Source: Octopus sinensis (taxonomy: Eukaryota). Taken from it: 64,000 bases of DNA. Positions 35,589-47,599 of the stretch are shown here, one piece after another. How positions within the stretch are numbered: position 1 is the stretch's first letter; each line of letters begins with the position of its first letter. The notes below the pieces were generated by a model, which saw nothing but the letters and a program-made list of their open reading frames with translations, did not search any database and was not told the origin of the DNA. A program made the translations under genes and the position numbers. The stretch covers positions 61,070,001-61,134,000 of the forward strand of contig NC_043007.1 of NCBI RefSeq assembly GCF_006345805.1. The letters are read 5' to 3'.

Positions 35589-36534
35589 CGACAGAGTGTA
35601 AGTACCTTGAGAGAAAAGTTGGACCTAAGAAGCATCAGTTGTGGTGTGCAAGAGAGACGTTTGCGCTGGTATGGTCATGTGACGAAAATGGCTGAAGATA
35701 GTTGTGTGCAAAAGTGCCACACCCTAGCAGTTGAGGGAACCTGTGGAAGAGGTAGACCCAGAAAAACCTGGGACGAGGTGGTGAAGCACGACCTTCGAAC
35801 TGTGCGTGAGAAGACCCGGCAAGACTAGTGAGACCATAACCCGTGGCCTCTACCTAGTACGTAGCCAGTCGACTTATACATACCTTTCCTTCTTGGGACA
35901 CAAAACTCTACTTGTGAAGACCCGTTGAGGCAAGTGAAAATCAAAATCAAAATCAAACCAAATCAAATCAGATGTCAGAAAGCAGAACCAAAATCGAAGT
36001 CGATCAACATCAATGGAAATTGCAGCTGTGATACCAGTGCCGGTGACAAGTAAGCGAATCATCCGATCGTGGCCGTTGCCAGCTCCGCCTCGCCTGGCCC
36101 CCGTGCCGGTGGCATGTAGCACTATCCGTTCGTGGCTGTTGCCAGCCTTGCCTGGCCCCCGTGCCAGTGGCACATAAAAGCACCATCCGTTCGTGGCCGT
36201 TGCCAGCCTCGCCTGGCCCCCGTGCTGGTGGCACGTAAAAAGCACCATCCGATCATGGCCATTGCCAGCCTCGCCTGGCCCCCGTGCCGGCGGCACGTAA
36301 AAAGCACCATCCGTCCGTGGCCGTTTGCCAGCTCCGTCTGGCACCTGTGCGGGTGGCACGTAAAAAGCACCCACTACACTCATGGAGTGGTTGGCGTTAG
36401 GAAGGGCATCCAGCCGTAGAAACACTGCCAGATCAGACTGGGCCTGATGCAGCCTTCTGGCTTCACAGACCCCAGTTGAACCGTCCAACCCATGCTAGCA
36501 TGGAAAGCGGACGCTAAATGATGATGATGATGAT
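35589..36534 (+). mobile_element. Young 5'-truncated RTE LINE 3' end
   Basis: LREKLDLRSISCGVQERRLRWYGHV...GRGRPRKTW; CpG-rich 3' UTR and (GAT)n tail; homologous to 22740-23308. Confidence 0.9.
36060..36372 (+). repeat. ~61-bp GC-rich minisatellite, about 5 copies, in the RTE 3' UTR
   Basis: Unit GCCTGGCCCCCGTGCCAGTGGCACATAAAAGCACCATCCGTTCGTGGCCGTTGCCAGCCTC. Confidence 0.9.
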
Positions 36535-36592
36535 ATATATATATAAATAAATATATATATACACACACACAATATATATATATATATAGAAC

Positions 36593-36835
36593 AAGCATGT
36601 GGCTTAGTAGTTAGGGCATTCGGCTCACGATCGTAAGGTTGAGTTCAATTCCCAGCAACTCATGTCCTTGGCCAAGACACTTTATTTCATGTTGCTACAA
36701 TCCACTCAGTTGGCAAAAATGAGTAGTTTCTGTATTTCAAAGGGCCAGCCTTGTCACACTCTGCGTCATGTTGAATCTCCCTGAGAACTATATTAAGGGT
36801 ACACGTGTCTGTGGAGTGCTCAGCCACTTGCATGT
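36593..36835 (+). mobile_element. SINE family A, 3' truncated
   Basis: TGGCTTAGTAGTTAG A-box, GAGTTCAATTCCC B-box, TCCTTGGCCAAGACACTTTATTTCA domain. Confidence 0.75.
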
Positions 36836-36845
36836 ATATATATAT

Positions 36846-36892
<47 letters not shown>

Positions 36893-37083
36893 GTATATAT
36901 ATATATTATATATTAATTATATATATTATTTGTTATTTATGCATTGGTTTATGTCTATCACTGTCTGAGTTGTATCATAGTGGTTTTATCTCTAATTCAT
37001 ATTTATATTTTATATATTTATACTGTGAAATTTGATTTAATACTAAATTGAATTTTTCCCTGTAAGTTTGGAGTTATACTCCC

Positions 37084-37119
<36 letters not shown>

Positions 37120-37408
37120 CACACACACACACACACACATTATTTATTATGTAAAATTAGGGAGCAAAGGTTGAAATATCTACAATAAATAAATACATGA
37201 ATAAAAGAATCTACTCTTATTTCTCTTTCCTCCTCTTTTTCAAGCCCTCTTTTGTTTTCCACAGTAACTTTATTATCTTCTTTAATTCTAATCAAATGTC
37301 ATCTACCCTAATTTAACCAACAAAGTCTGCCTCCCATCTCAACAATGAACACAAATCTTGTTCAACCGACAAAATATGAAATACCATTGTTGTTATTACT
37401 ATTGGCAT

Positions 37409-37617
37409 CAAGGTGGTACACTGGCTGAATTGTTACTGTGCTGGACAAAATGCCTAGCAGCATTTCTTGATATTCAGAGTTCAAATGCTACTGAACTCAA
37501 CTTTTTCATTCATCCTTTCAGGGTTGATAAAATATGTACCAGTTGAGCCCTGGGGTCAATGTAATCAAGTATCTCCTCCCCAACAATTTCAGGCTTTTCG
37601 CCTGTTGTAGAAAGAAT
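37409..37617 (+). mobile_element. SINE family B
   Basis: Head, TTCATCCTTTCAGGGTTGATAAAA domain and AATTTCAGGC...GTAGAAAG tail. Confidence 0.7.
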
Positions 37618-38303
37618 TATTACTATTGGTGAATAGTTTTATTACTATTTACTCAACATTTTGAATTCCCAGCAACTGTTTGTTGCAGTCTTTTTATTTC
37701 ACTTCATTTATATTACAAAATACATACATGACAATTAGAGATGGGACATATTAGAGAAAACATTGCAGAATACTAATGTATTTGGTGAATGTTTTATTTA
37801 TAAAATATTACATAAATATATTCATAATGTTAAGTTTATTTAGTCAACAGGAAGAGAAGTGTATCCCTTGACTTTCATAGGTTCTCCAAGATTGGGTGAG
37901 ATTGATGTGGTCAATGTTCAACTTGAAAACGTGTAATTTGACTTCAGCAGGAAAAATGTGGGAGAGAAAGTAATTTCAAGAGGTTGATGTTGTGGGAATT
38001 TTCAGCTAGTATCTTCACCTAGCTGTCTTCTTGACTAAAATTCTAAATCTCCAAAACATGCTTGACAGCAGTTCACTTCATTCTCAGCTTTTAACAAACT
38101 TCATTATGTTTGGTCCCATCAAATTGTTAATCACTACTTAATCAAGACAACATACCTTTTGGAGAAGCAAAATATCTCAAGCTTGCATAGCTTCTTGCTT
38201 CAATCTCACAGGATGATTCTTTTCTAGCATGAGTGAATAAAAATTTTATAAATTACAGTATATTTAGAAAGCTCTAAACTGTCTTTTAATAAATATGATA
38301 TTT

Positions 38304-38440
38304 AAGGCAGTGAGCTGGCAAAAACATTAGCATGCTGGACAAAATGCTTCACAATATTTTGTCCATCTTTGTGTTCTGAGTTCAAATGCTGGCAAGGACA
38401 ACTTTAGGGCCGATAAATTGAGTACCAGTTGAACACTAAG
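38304..38440 (+). mobile_element. SINE family B, truncated at the Penelope-like insertion
   Basis: AAGGCAGTGAGCTGGCA head to GAGTACCAGTTGAACACT. Confidence 0.7.
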
Positions 38441-39144
38441 GTGTGTGTTTATATGTATGTTGGGGCGTGCGTGCGTGTATATATGTGTGCATGTGTGGGT
38501 ACAATTTTCAATATTTATAGTTCTGCTGGCCTTGTGCCTGTATCGGGAAGCAATGTGTTTGTGTGAAGTCAATATTTACAGTCATTTCCAAAAAATAGTG
38601 TTGGATGTTTTGCACCCTTATCAAATTATGTGTATGTGTGGAACCATATATTTGCGTGTGTCATGGTGTTAATATCTGGGTAAAAGTGTGTGTAGGGTGT
38701 GTGCAGGTGTAAGTGTGTTTGTTGTGGGTTCGTGTTAGGGGGATGTGTTTAGAAGTGGTCTGTATTTATTAATAAGGTGGGATTCCATGGTTATTCGCTG
38801 GGTATGAGTGGCATTGTCTTTAAATTTGTAGAGGGGAAAGATTCTAAAATTGGGATGAAGTTGTGCGGCACAGGTATCAATATGTGCACTAAGTGCTATT
38901 TTTACCCAGATATTAACACCATGACACACGCAAATATATGGTTCCACACATACACATAATTTGATACGGGTGCAAAACATCCAACACTATTTTTTGGAAA
39001 TGACTGTAAATATTGACTTCACACAAACACGTTGCTTCCCGATACAGGCACAAGGCCAGCAGAACTATAAATATTGAAAATTGTACCCACACATGCACAC
39101 ATATATACACGCACGCACACCCCAACATACATATAAACACACAC
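38441..39144 (-). mobile_element. Penelope-like element 3' fragment with inverted pseudo-LTRs
   Basis: 245-bp inverted arms (38441-38685 / 38900-39144, 3 mismatches). The spacer encodes LSAHIDTCAAQLHPNFRIFPLYKFKDNATHTQRITMESHLINKYRPLLN* (38899-38735), resembling the C-terminus of Penelope GIY-YIG endonucleases (R...E..LI....P.LN). Confidence 0.8.
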
Positions 39145-39380
39145 GCACACACACACACAAACACACACACGCACACATACATACATATAGCTCTTCCTGT
39201 CCTAAATGAACTTACTTATCCAGCTCAAATTCAGTCAAGCAGAAAATACACTCCTTAACTATGCTCTAAAAAGCTATTTAAAATATCCACATGACATCTA
39301 CTGACCAGCCTGAACAATGAGAATTTTCAACAAAGCTATTTTCGAAAACTCCATACACCACCCACATCAACATTCATTCT

Positions 39381-39637
39381 AAACATTCACGTGACCTCTC
39401 TATTATGACCACATCTACGTGACCTCTTTATTATGACCAATAAGAAATTTTAGGTGCAACACTAGCCAAATTTTAACATCTCTGGAGCCTATTTTCTTAC
39501 CCCAACACCAACTTCCATTCAAACATTCACGTGACCCCTTTATAATGACCAATCAAAACTGTATTGACCATTGTCCACAAGAAATTTTAGGCGCGAAACC
39601 AAGCAAATCTTAAACAACTCTGGAGCCTCTTTTTTCA
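39381..39637 (+). repeat. ~140-bp imperfect tandem duplication with repeated (C/T)ACGTGACC...TATxATGACC
   Basis: AAACATTCACGTGACC at 39381 and 39521; AAGAAATTTTAGG and CTCTGGAGCCT occur in both copies. Confidence 0.8.
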
Positions 39638-39839
39638 CATATAAGAGACAGCAAACCCAACATAAAGTCAGATAAGAGAAAAAAATCTATCTCTCTTTAA
39701 AAAATATCTTTTGATAAGCATAACAAATGCGCAACCAGTAAAAAGAACTTTCACCTAATTAAATACACTCTCCCTTACTTAAATTATTTTGTCAGCATTT
39801 TCTTCATTTCCCTTTGTATATATATATATATATATATAT

Positions 39840-42800
39840 CAGGGGCGTGCACTCTCAGCAATGCAAGGTATGTGCTGCATGCCTTCTTTGTTTGAAAGAA
39901 AATACGTCCAGTTGTTTTAGAAATATTGTCTCCACTTCGTACATCTGCTTTGATAAATGCTTTTAGAAGATCGCATGATACACACTCCCTCTCTGTCTGT
40001 ATTAGTTTGTCCTTCCTTCCCCTCTCTCTCTCTCTATCTTAGTGACTCGATAAATTTATCGCTTGTCATGCGTTGAGAAGACAGCATGAGTTCCCTTCTC
40101 TCTGTCTTTGATAGTTTGTCCCTTCTTCCTCTTTCTTTGTTTAAAAGATATGCTACGAGAAATGGTCACCCCTTTCTCTCTCAACGATTCGACAAATTCA
40201 GTTTGGTGTGTCATGCTGTTCTAAGATCGCATATCACGCTTCTCTGGCTATTTTGACCGGAACAAGAGCCGTCCCATAATTCTTGTTTTAGCCAGCTGAA
40301 ATGTTGGAATAGCCTTCGCTTGTAAGTAAGAAATTTTTTATCCAAAACATCCGTTTGCACTATCATATTTTTAGAAAGTTTTGAAAGCAAAAATATCTAT
40401 ATTATATTTCTTATTTCAGAAATAGCTAATTAATCTTAAATTAATTTAACAAAGGGTATTTTTCCGTTTTGTTGAAATTGACTTAAAATTTACGCCGGCG
40501 CTTCCACGTGGGTCCTTAAATAAGAGCAGCCTTTTTTAAAATGAGTGAAATGTGTGCTATAAACGATATTTTGAGAACTAGTTTTTCTAAAAGGGACTTC
40601 GATGGGAAAAAATTAATTATAAATCGTGGCAGACCAACACCGAATTTACCTAATTTGCGAAGCTACAACAAGAAATTCACGAGACAATTTCAGGTTAATT
40701 CGTATGAAAAGAAGAAATGGTTAACTGGAAGTGTTGCTCTTAATAAATTATTCTGTTGGCCGTGTTTACTTTTTGGCTTAGAAAAAAATGTTTGGAATGA
40801 TAAAGGCTATGATGATTTAAATAATTTACATATGGCTATGCTAAAGCACGAGCGTTCTCAAAGGCATATAAAATGTTTGATAGACCTTAAAATATTCGGG
40901 AATGTTCGCATAGACTTACAATTAGATGCACGTAAAAATCAAAGCATACAACAGCATAATGAGAAAGTTCGACGAAACAGATTCATTCTGCAACGATTGA
41001 TCGATGTTGTTATTTTTTTAGACCTCCAGGAATTATCGTTTCGGGGTCATTTTGAATCTGAAGGCTCTAATAATCGGGGAAATTATAAAGAACTCGTTTA
41101 TTTGATCAGTAAATATGACAAACATATGGAATGTCATTTAGATACAGCTTCTATCTTCACTGGTCTGTCGAACAGAATTCAAAATGACTTGATCGAAGCA
41201 ATTCATAAAGTTATGTTGAATGAGATGCAGAAGGAAATTGACCAAGCTAAGTTTGTTTCTATTCTTGTTGATGAGACATCTGATGTCTCAGCATCTTCAC
41301 AACTGTCAACAGTTTTATGTTATGTTACAGAAGACTGTGTGACGAAAGAACGATTTATCGGTTTTAGTGATGATAGTGAAGATCGATCTGCAAATGCTTT
41401 ATCTGAACATGTTTTTAAATGCATTGAGACGTGGGAATGTGGAAACAAATTGATTGCGCAGACATATGATGGTGCCGCTACAATGGCAGGACAACTAAAT
41501 GGGTTACAGGCAAAAGTAAGAAAGAAATATGAATGTGTGATCTTTATTCATTGTTGTGCCCATATCCTAAATTTAGTTCTTTCACAATCATGCTCTGCTA
41601 TGAAAGAATGCAAGATATTTTTTTCTACAATAAACGGACTCGGTACATTTTTTACGAAATCACCGAAAAGGACTAATGCATTAGATTAAATGATTAGGTT
41701 AAAAATGATTAGGTTAATGATTAGGTTAAAAAAAGATTTCCGAAAGCAACAGCAACTAGATGGAATTACTCCTCACGTCTTATTATTACCACAAAGGAAA
41801 ATTATAATTTCATAATCAGCCTTTTTGAACACATCATTGAAAATCCTGAAGCATGGGATGATACCACCATAAATTCAGCAATTGGATTCTTACACACTTT
41901 AAAAGCTCCTGATTTCTTATTTTTGTTAGAGGTATTCAGTGACATTTTTTCTTTTACTGACGTCTTATTTAACATACTCCAGAGTAAAAGTCATGACATA
42001 GTGTATTGTAAACAGCAAATAGATAAAACTAGAACTGTACTCGAAAACAAACTTGATAATTTTTCAGTCTTTTATGATAGGTTAGGGGAAAAATATGGAG
42101 TCGATGCAGGAATCGGAATTCAGAGATCCAAGAATATATCTATTGATCCCCAACGACATTATAGAACGCTTTATAACAAAATTATAAGTACAATAGTTGA
42201 CCAAATAAAAGCACGATATTCATCCTTAGAACAGTTTAAATTCATGGAACTTTTGAATTTCAACAAAGTTGATGAGTATTGCAAACAATTTCCTGTGGAC
42301 TCTTTAGATTCTTTAAGAACAACTTATGGCAGATTTTTTGATGTAATACGATTACAAAGTGAGCTCAATGTGATGTATTCAATGAAAGATTTTAAAAAAC
42401 CAAGTGTAAGTCATTTAATGAGTTACATTAACAGCACTGATCTTGTTGAAGCTATGCCAGAACTCTTCAATCTGTGCAAGTTGATTTTGACAATTCCGTC
42501 TACCACTGCTTCTGTAGAGCGATCCTTTTCTGCATTAAGTAGAATTAAAACATACCAAAGAAATGCGACAGGAGAAAGAAGACTGTCTGGGTTAGCACTA
42601 ATGTCAATTGAAAAAGATTCATTACAAGAAAAGAGATTTCTATGAAAATGTGATAGATATATTTGCCCAGAAAGATCGAAGAATTGAATTAATTTATAAA
42701 TGAGCTAAGTAACATTTTAAAACATTAAAAAAAATAATATATTAAAGAGCATATATTACAGGTTTTGCTTAGTGTTTGTTATAACGTAAGGTTCGACCTT

Positions 42801-43637
42801 CTTACATCAGTATTGTTTCGCAGGAGAAATGTTTTGATTTCTTCGTGAAACCTAACCTACATAGATTTCCCTTTCTGTGCTGCTGGGTGTAGTCTATTTA
42901 CGGCCGTAAATAAGTGTTTTGTTTCACTTTCAATAAGTGTCTTGTTTCAATCTCAGAGATGTTGATTTCTGCCACAACAGTTTTGGGAGGCTTTTTACAA
43001 TGTTGAATTTTCGCTGTCTTTCATTGTGTGCGTATTCATGTATATGCGTGAGACGTAGTCCTTTAATGTACGGAGTTCAGTAAGTCTCAGAACAGTCAAT
43101 AATTTTCCCGGAATTGACAAGTAGCATGATAAAGAACCTGACTTGTCTTCGAGAGCGTAACGATCTAAAACCATGGCCATATAATGTAACTAAATGTGTC
43201 CTTTTAATTAAATCATTTCATCCAGCTCAACCGATAGGTATAGGGGCTAATGCAGAATCGCACCCCTTTGAAAAACGAATTTATGTGAAAATTTTTTTTC
43301 GGATTCCTACCTTTAACAGAGATTCTGAATATGCAAAAATATTGACAGAATCCAATTTCATCTTTATTACATTTCACTTATGATTTTTAGACTTTTGTAA
43401 GGGAGAATGAGGATGGGAAAGTACTGACGTTTCGAAGAGCAAAGAATAATACAAACAATACACTTATTTCAGGATCATCTCTGCACAGCCATTTTTTATT
43501 CCCTGTTTATTCTGCATATTCAGAATCTCTTATATGTAAATCGTAGGAATACGAAAATGTCTTACTGAAAAATTGCCGGGGGGGGGGGCAATGAAATTAA
43601 TTGCATGCCCAACGCCGGAAGTCACCGCACGCCACTG
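39840..43637 (+). mobile_element. hAT DNA transposon (ZMYM1-like/Tip100 group), 3798 bp
   Basis: TIRs CAGGGGCGTGC / GCACGCCACTG (10/11); inserted in (TA)n, consistent with an 8-bp TSD ATATATAT. Confidence 0.9.
40541..42703 (+). pseudogene. hAT transposase with a nonsense codon and triplication at about 41687-41735 and a 3' frameshift near 42635
   Basis: NRGNYKEL, ILVDETSDVS, QTYDGAATM, HCCAHILNL, ATRWN, TASVERSFSAL..IKT..R..LSGLALMSIEK, and a frameshifted end FYENVIDIFAQKDRRIELIYK*. Confidence 0.9.
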
Positions 43638-43723
43638 ATATATATATATATATTTTTTTTCATCAACTGGCATAATGTAATAGGTATGTACTATGAGTGC
43701 TCCATATTCTACTTTACTCTCCT

Positions 43724-43870
43724 CTGGTAAGAAGCTTGCTTCCCAACCACATGGTTGCAGGTTCAGTCTCACTGTATGGCACCTTTGGCAAATATCTTCT
43801 ACTATAGCTTCAGGCTGACCAAAGCCTTGTGAGTGGATTTGGTAGATGGAAACTGAAAGAAGCCCCGTCA
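43724..43870 (+). mobile_element. SINE family C, 5' half
   Basis: Aligns to 26470-26615. Confidence 0.75.
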
Positions 43871-43878
43871 TATATATA

Positions 43879-43913
<35 letters not shown>

Positions 43914-45032
43914 GTTGGCCTTGAGCTATAGTAGAAGATACCTCCCATGGTATGGCACCTTGGGTAAGTGTTTACTACAACAGCCCTAGATTGACCAAGC
44001 CTTATGAGTAAATTGTTTGATGTGTATTTTGCTCATTGGTTTTAAACAATGACTTTGCTAAAAGTGTCATTTGCTTGCAGTCCACTACGAAAGTATATCA
44101 GGGCTTCTTGACATTTTGTGTGATCTTATTTCGGTATCATTTATTTCCAGTTCTCCACACAAGCATGTCTGATGTGCTTGATATTTGATAGAATGAGGGA
44201 TTATAACATCACTTGGAAACAGGTGGAGGTTGGCAACAGGAAAGACATCTGGCCACAGAATAATCTGCTCCAATATTCTTTCATCAGACTCATGCAAGCA
44301 AGGAAAAGTATATATGATGAAGACAATGATGACAACACAGAAAAAGACATGAAAACTGAAAATGTATTTTGAAACATTCCCTGCTGTAGAGCTGATTCAT
44401 TAGATATTGATTCAAATGTTCCCAACATTGATTCAAATATTCCAATTTATATAATTAAAACTGAGACAGAAACATACAAACATGGAAAAAGAAAAAAACA
44501 ACTGCTTGTTTCATGATTGTCTGGTAATTAAATGTGACATGAATGCTGTTCAGATTAGCATATTCGTTTTTAACAACATTCAGAAGAAAGAAAATAACTA
44601 GTTGCCTAACATGACGAGATATTAGCAAGAACTTCAACTTGGTTATTGAAGAAATAATATTCAAACAAGTGCTGCCATGGGAACCTGCAATGTCACTAAT
44701 CACGAATAATCAGAGCATGTTTATGTGGTAGAGTTACTGACAAATGAAAGAACATGGCAGAAAGAGACTGACTGAATTTGTAATACATACTTTTGCATGA
44801 GGATGGTTAGGAAACTTGGATTACTACTAAAACAGGCACAGCATAATCTCTCCAATATATCTTTAATCAAATTACTAGGATTAGTTCTGAATTTATCTAA
44901 ATGCTATAGTAATCATCAGATTCAATCACATTTTATACAGGGAAAGATGGAAACTGAAAGAAGCCTGTTTTATACATACACAGACATAAATACAGAGGCA
45001 TACACATACATATACATGTATATATATATATT

Positions 45033-45399
45033 CTTTTGTTTTACTTGTTTCAGTCATCTCACTGCAGCCATGTTGGAGTACGCCCCCAGGACTTCTTTGT
45101 AAGCCTAGTACTTATTCTATCAGTAACTTTTGCTGAACCGCTAAGTTAAGGGAATGTAAACATACCAACATCAGCTGTCAACTGTTGGTGAAGGAACAAG
45201 CAAAGACACACAAGTACATACATACATATATACATACATACAGGTTTCTTTGAGTTTCTGTCTACCAGATCCACTCACAAGGCTTTGGTTGGCCGAGGCT
45301 ATAGTAGAAGACACTTGCCCAAGGTACCAGACAGTGGAACTGAACCTGGAACCATGTGGTTGAGAAGTAAGCTTCTTACCACTCAGCCACTCCTGCACC
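45033..45399 (-). mobile_element. SINE family C
   Basis: Reverse complement begins GGTGCAGGAGTGGCTGAGTGGTAAG and ends GACTGAAACAAGTAAAA. Confidence 0.85.
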
Positions 45400-45441
45400 C
45401 ATATATGTGTGTGTGTGTGTGTGTGTGCGTGTGTGTATGTA

Positions 45442-45528
<87 letters not shown>

Positions 45529-45571
45529 GTGTACATACATGCATGCATACATGTGTGTACATACATGCATG

Positions 45572-45603
<32 letters not shown>

Positions 45604-45759
45604 GCATACACACATACTCATGCAGGAATCCCTTGTGCCTTGATTCTCACATAAAATTGGAACACCTTCTCATGGACTTATATTTGACAACAAATCAAAT
45701 AACATAACCACTCTCATGTAATTAATAACATTTCTGAACCTAGACAGTAAAATACGTAT

Positions 45760-47040
45760 ACATAAAAACGTTTGTAGAGGAATACATAAGGAATAAATAA
45801 GAATGCTGTTGATTACTGAGTGAAAGATTATGGTGGAATGAGAGTTGCTAGGAGGACGTGGGACACTATTTTCTATTTTATAGTTCATCACCATCAACAT
45901 CTGTTTGAGATGTGAAGACCTTATTCAAAATCATTTGATCTTTATGGTGCATCATTTCTTTGTACAGCTCCTCATGTAATGTTTATGTTATATTCACAAT
46001 TACAGTTGATATCTGCAAAAACTTGCAAGCCTTCCCTTGTATGTGTCAATCCTTTAGCAATATTCCTTGCAGTCAATTTAAGAGGAGTTCGTAGAACTTC
46101 CCTATTCTCATCAATATTCTCAGCTTGCTCTTGGTCTAACAAAATTAACTCCTTGTTATATAAACTTTCTGTATGGTGCACTAGTAACTCAATCACATCA
46201 TCCTCTATGATTTCTACAAATCTTTCGTCATTTGCAAGTGTTACAAAGTCATTCTGAATTTGATTTAGACTTTCTGCTTATGGAAAACTTATAAGTAACA
46301 AATACGGTCTGGCCATATATATTTTCAAACACCATCAAAAGTTGAAGGTTTCACTTCCAACTGCCACCCAAATCAACTATCCATAACATCCACTTAAATT
46401 TCAGAAGTCTCTAACTGTAGATTTCTCCCCTCTGCCAATTGCTTTCATAAGTTGTTTGAAAAGTCTCAGATAATGTCTTCAAGTTAGCCATAACACCTCT
46501 GTTCATTGACTGGAGCAAAGAAGTTATATTCTTGCGGGTATATTCTACTCTCACATTATCAGAAAGCTCATTAAAGTTCACTGGTTGGTTTGGTGCATTG
46601 CCTAAAAGAAACAGTCCTTTGTTGGAAATATTCTGTTTTGGCACTGTACCTTTCTACAGCAAGATGAAAAGATTTTTGTAAACCACTCTTGTGGCTCTGA
46701 GTAAGTCATGTCAAAGATAAATTAAACTGCATAACTCTTGAAAGCTCTTGGATTTTCAGAGTGATACATGAGTAGAAGCTTTAATTTTATATAACCAGCA
46801 ACATTTCCACCAAGAAGAAGCATCAAACTATTTTTGAAATTTGTAAGTCTTGGTGTTGATATTATTTCGCGAGAAATAAATGCTCTAGTAAATACTGGCT
46901 TCAAGAGAAGTGTAATTTCATCAACACAGTATACGTGCTCTAGTGTGTAACACACTTTGGCAATCATTTTTTTTTTCCTTTTTTTCATCTGCTCAGGATA
47001 ATTAGTAACAGTTTCTGTATCACCACTGACAACTTAAAGA
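45760..47040 (-). pseudogene. Tigger/pogo transposase remnant
   Basis: VYCVDEIT..FISRE..LMLLLGGNVAG..KLLLMYHSENPRAFK, LLGNAP, NITSLLQSMNRGV, ELLVHHTESLYNKELI. Confidence 0.8.
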
Positions 47041-47599
47041 ATTAAAACAGCCACCAAGTTGAACACAACTGGCCAGATATTGTTGAATGGAACCACAAGA
47101 AGAAAATATGCTGTCATGGAAATGAGTTGCCCTCTGCACACCAATATAGTCACAAACATATACAGTAGAAAGATAACATCTATGGACAACTGATTAGGAG
47201 TTGGCAAATCCAGTACCCAAGACAAACTTTCAGCAATATACTTATTATTACTGGAGCAACAGGTTATGTACCAACCTGCCTGGAGCAAAGTATGGCTGAA
47301 CTTGGGTTTTGAGGAGTAAGAATGTAACTCCTTAATTCATACAACAACAAATGATCATGATATCGGTGATGATGAAAATCTACAAAGCCTTAAAATATTT
47401 AAAAGTTAATGAACAAAACAAGATGCTTTCCTTTCTAACCTTACAACCAAGCAGGTTACCAGTCAAAATTAACTCTGAATTAAAAATAAACACATATGCA
47501 TACATATGTATAAACATATGTGCATGCATGAATACACACATGTATGCACACACACACACACACAACACAACACACAACACATACATGAGTGGTATAGGA

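Noticed and set aside
36060-36372. CRISPR-like repeat array
   Set aside because: There are no unique spacers; it is a contiguous minisatellite in an RTE 3' UTR in eukaryotic DNA.
41690-41730. TTAGG-containing repeats as telomere healing
   Set aside because: The unit is ATGATTAGGTTA derived from transposase coding sequence, not tandem TTAGG/TTAGGG.
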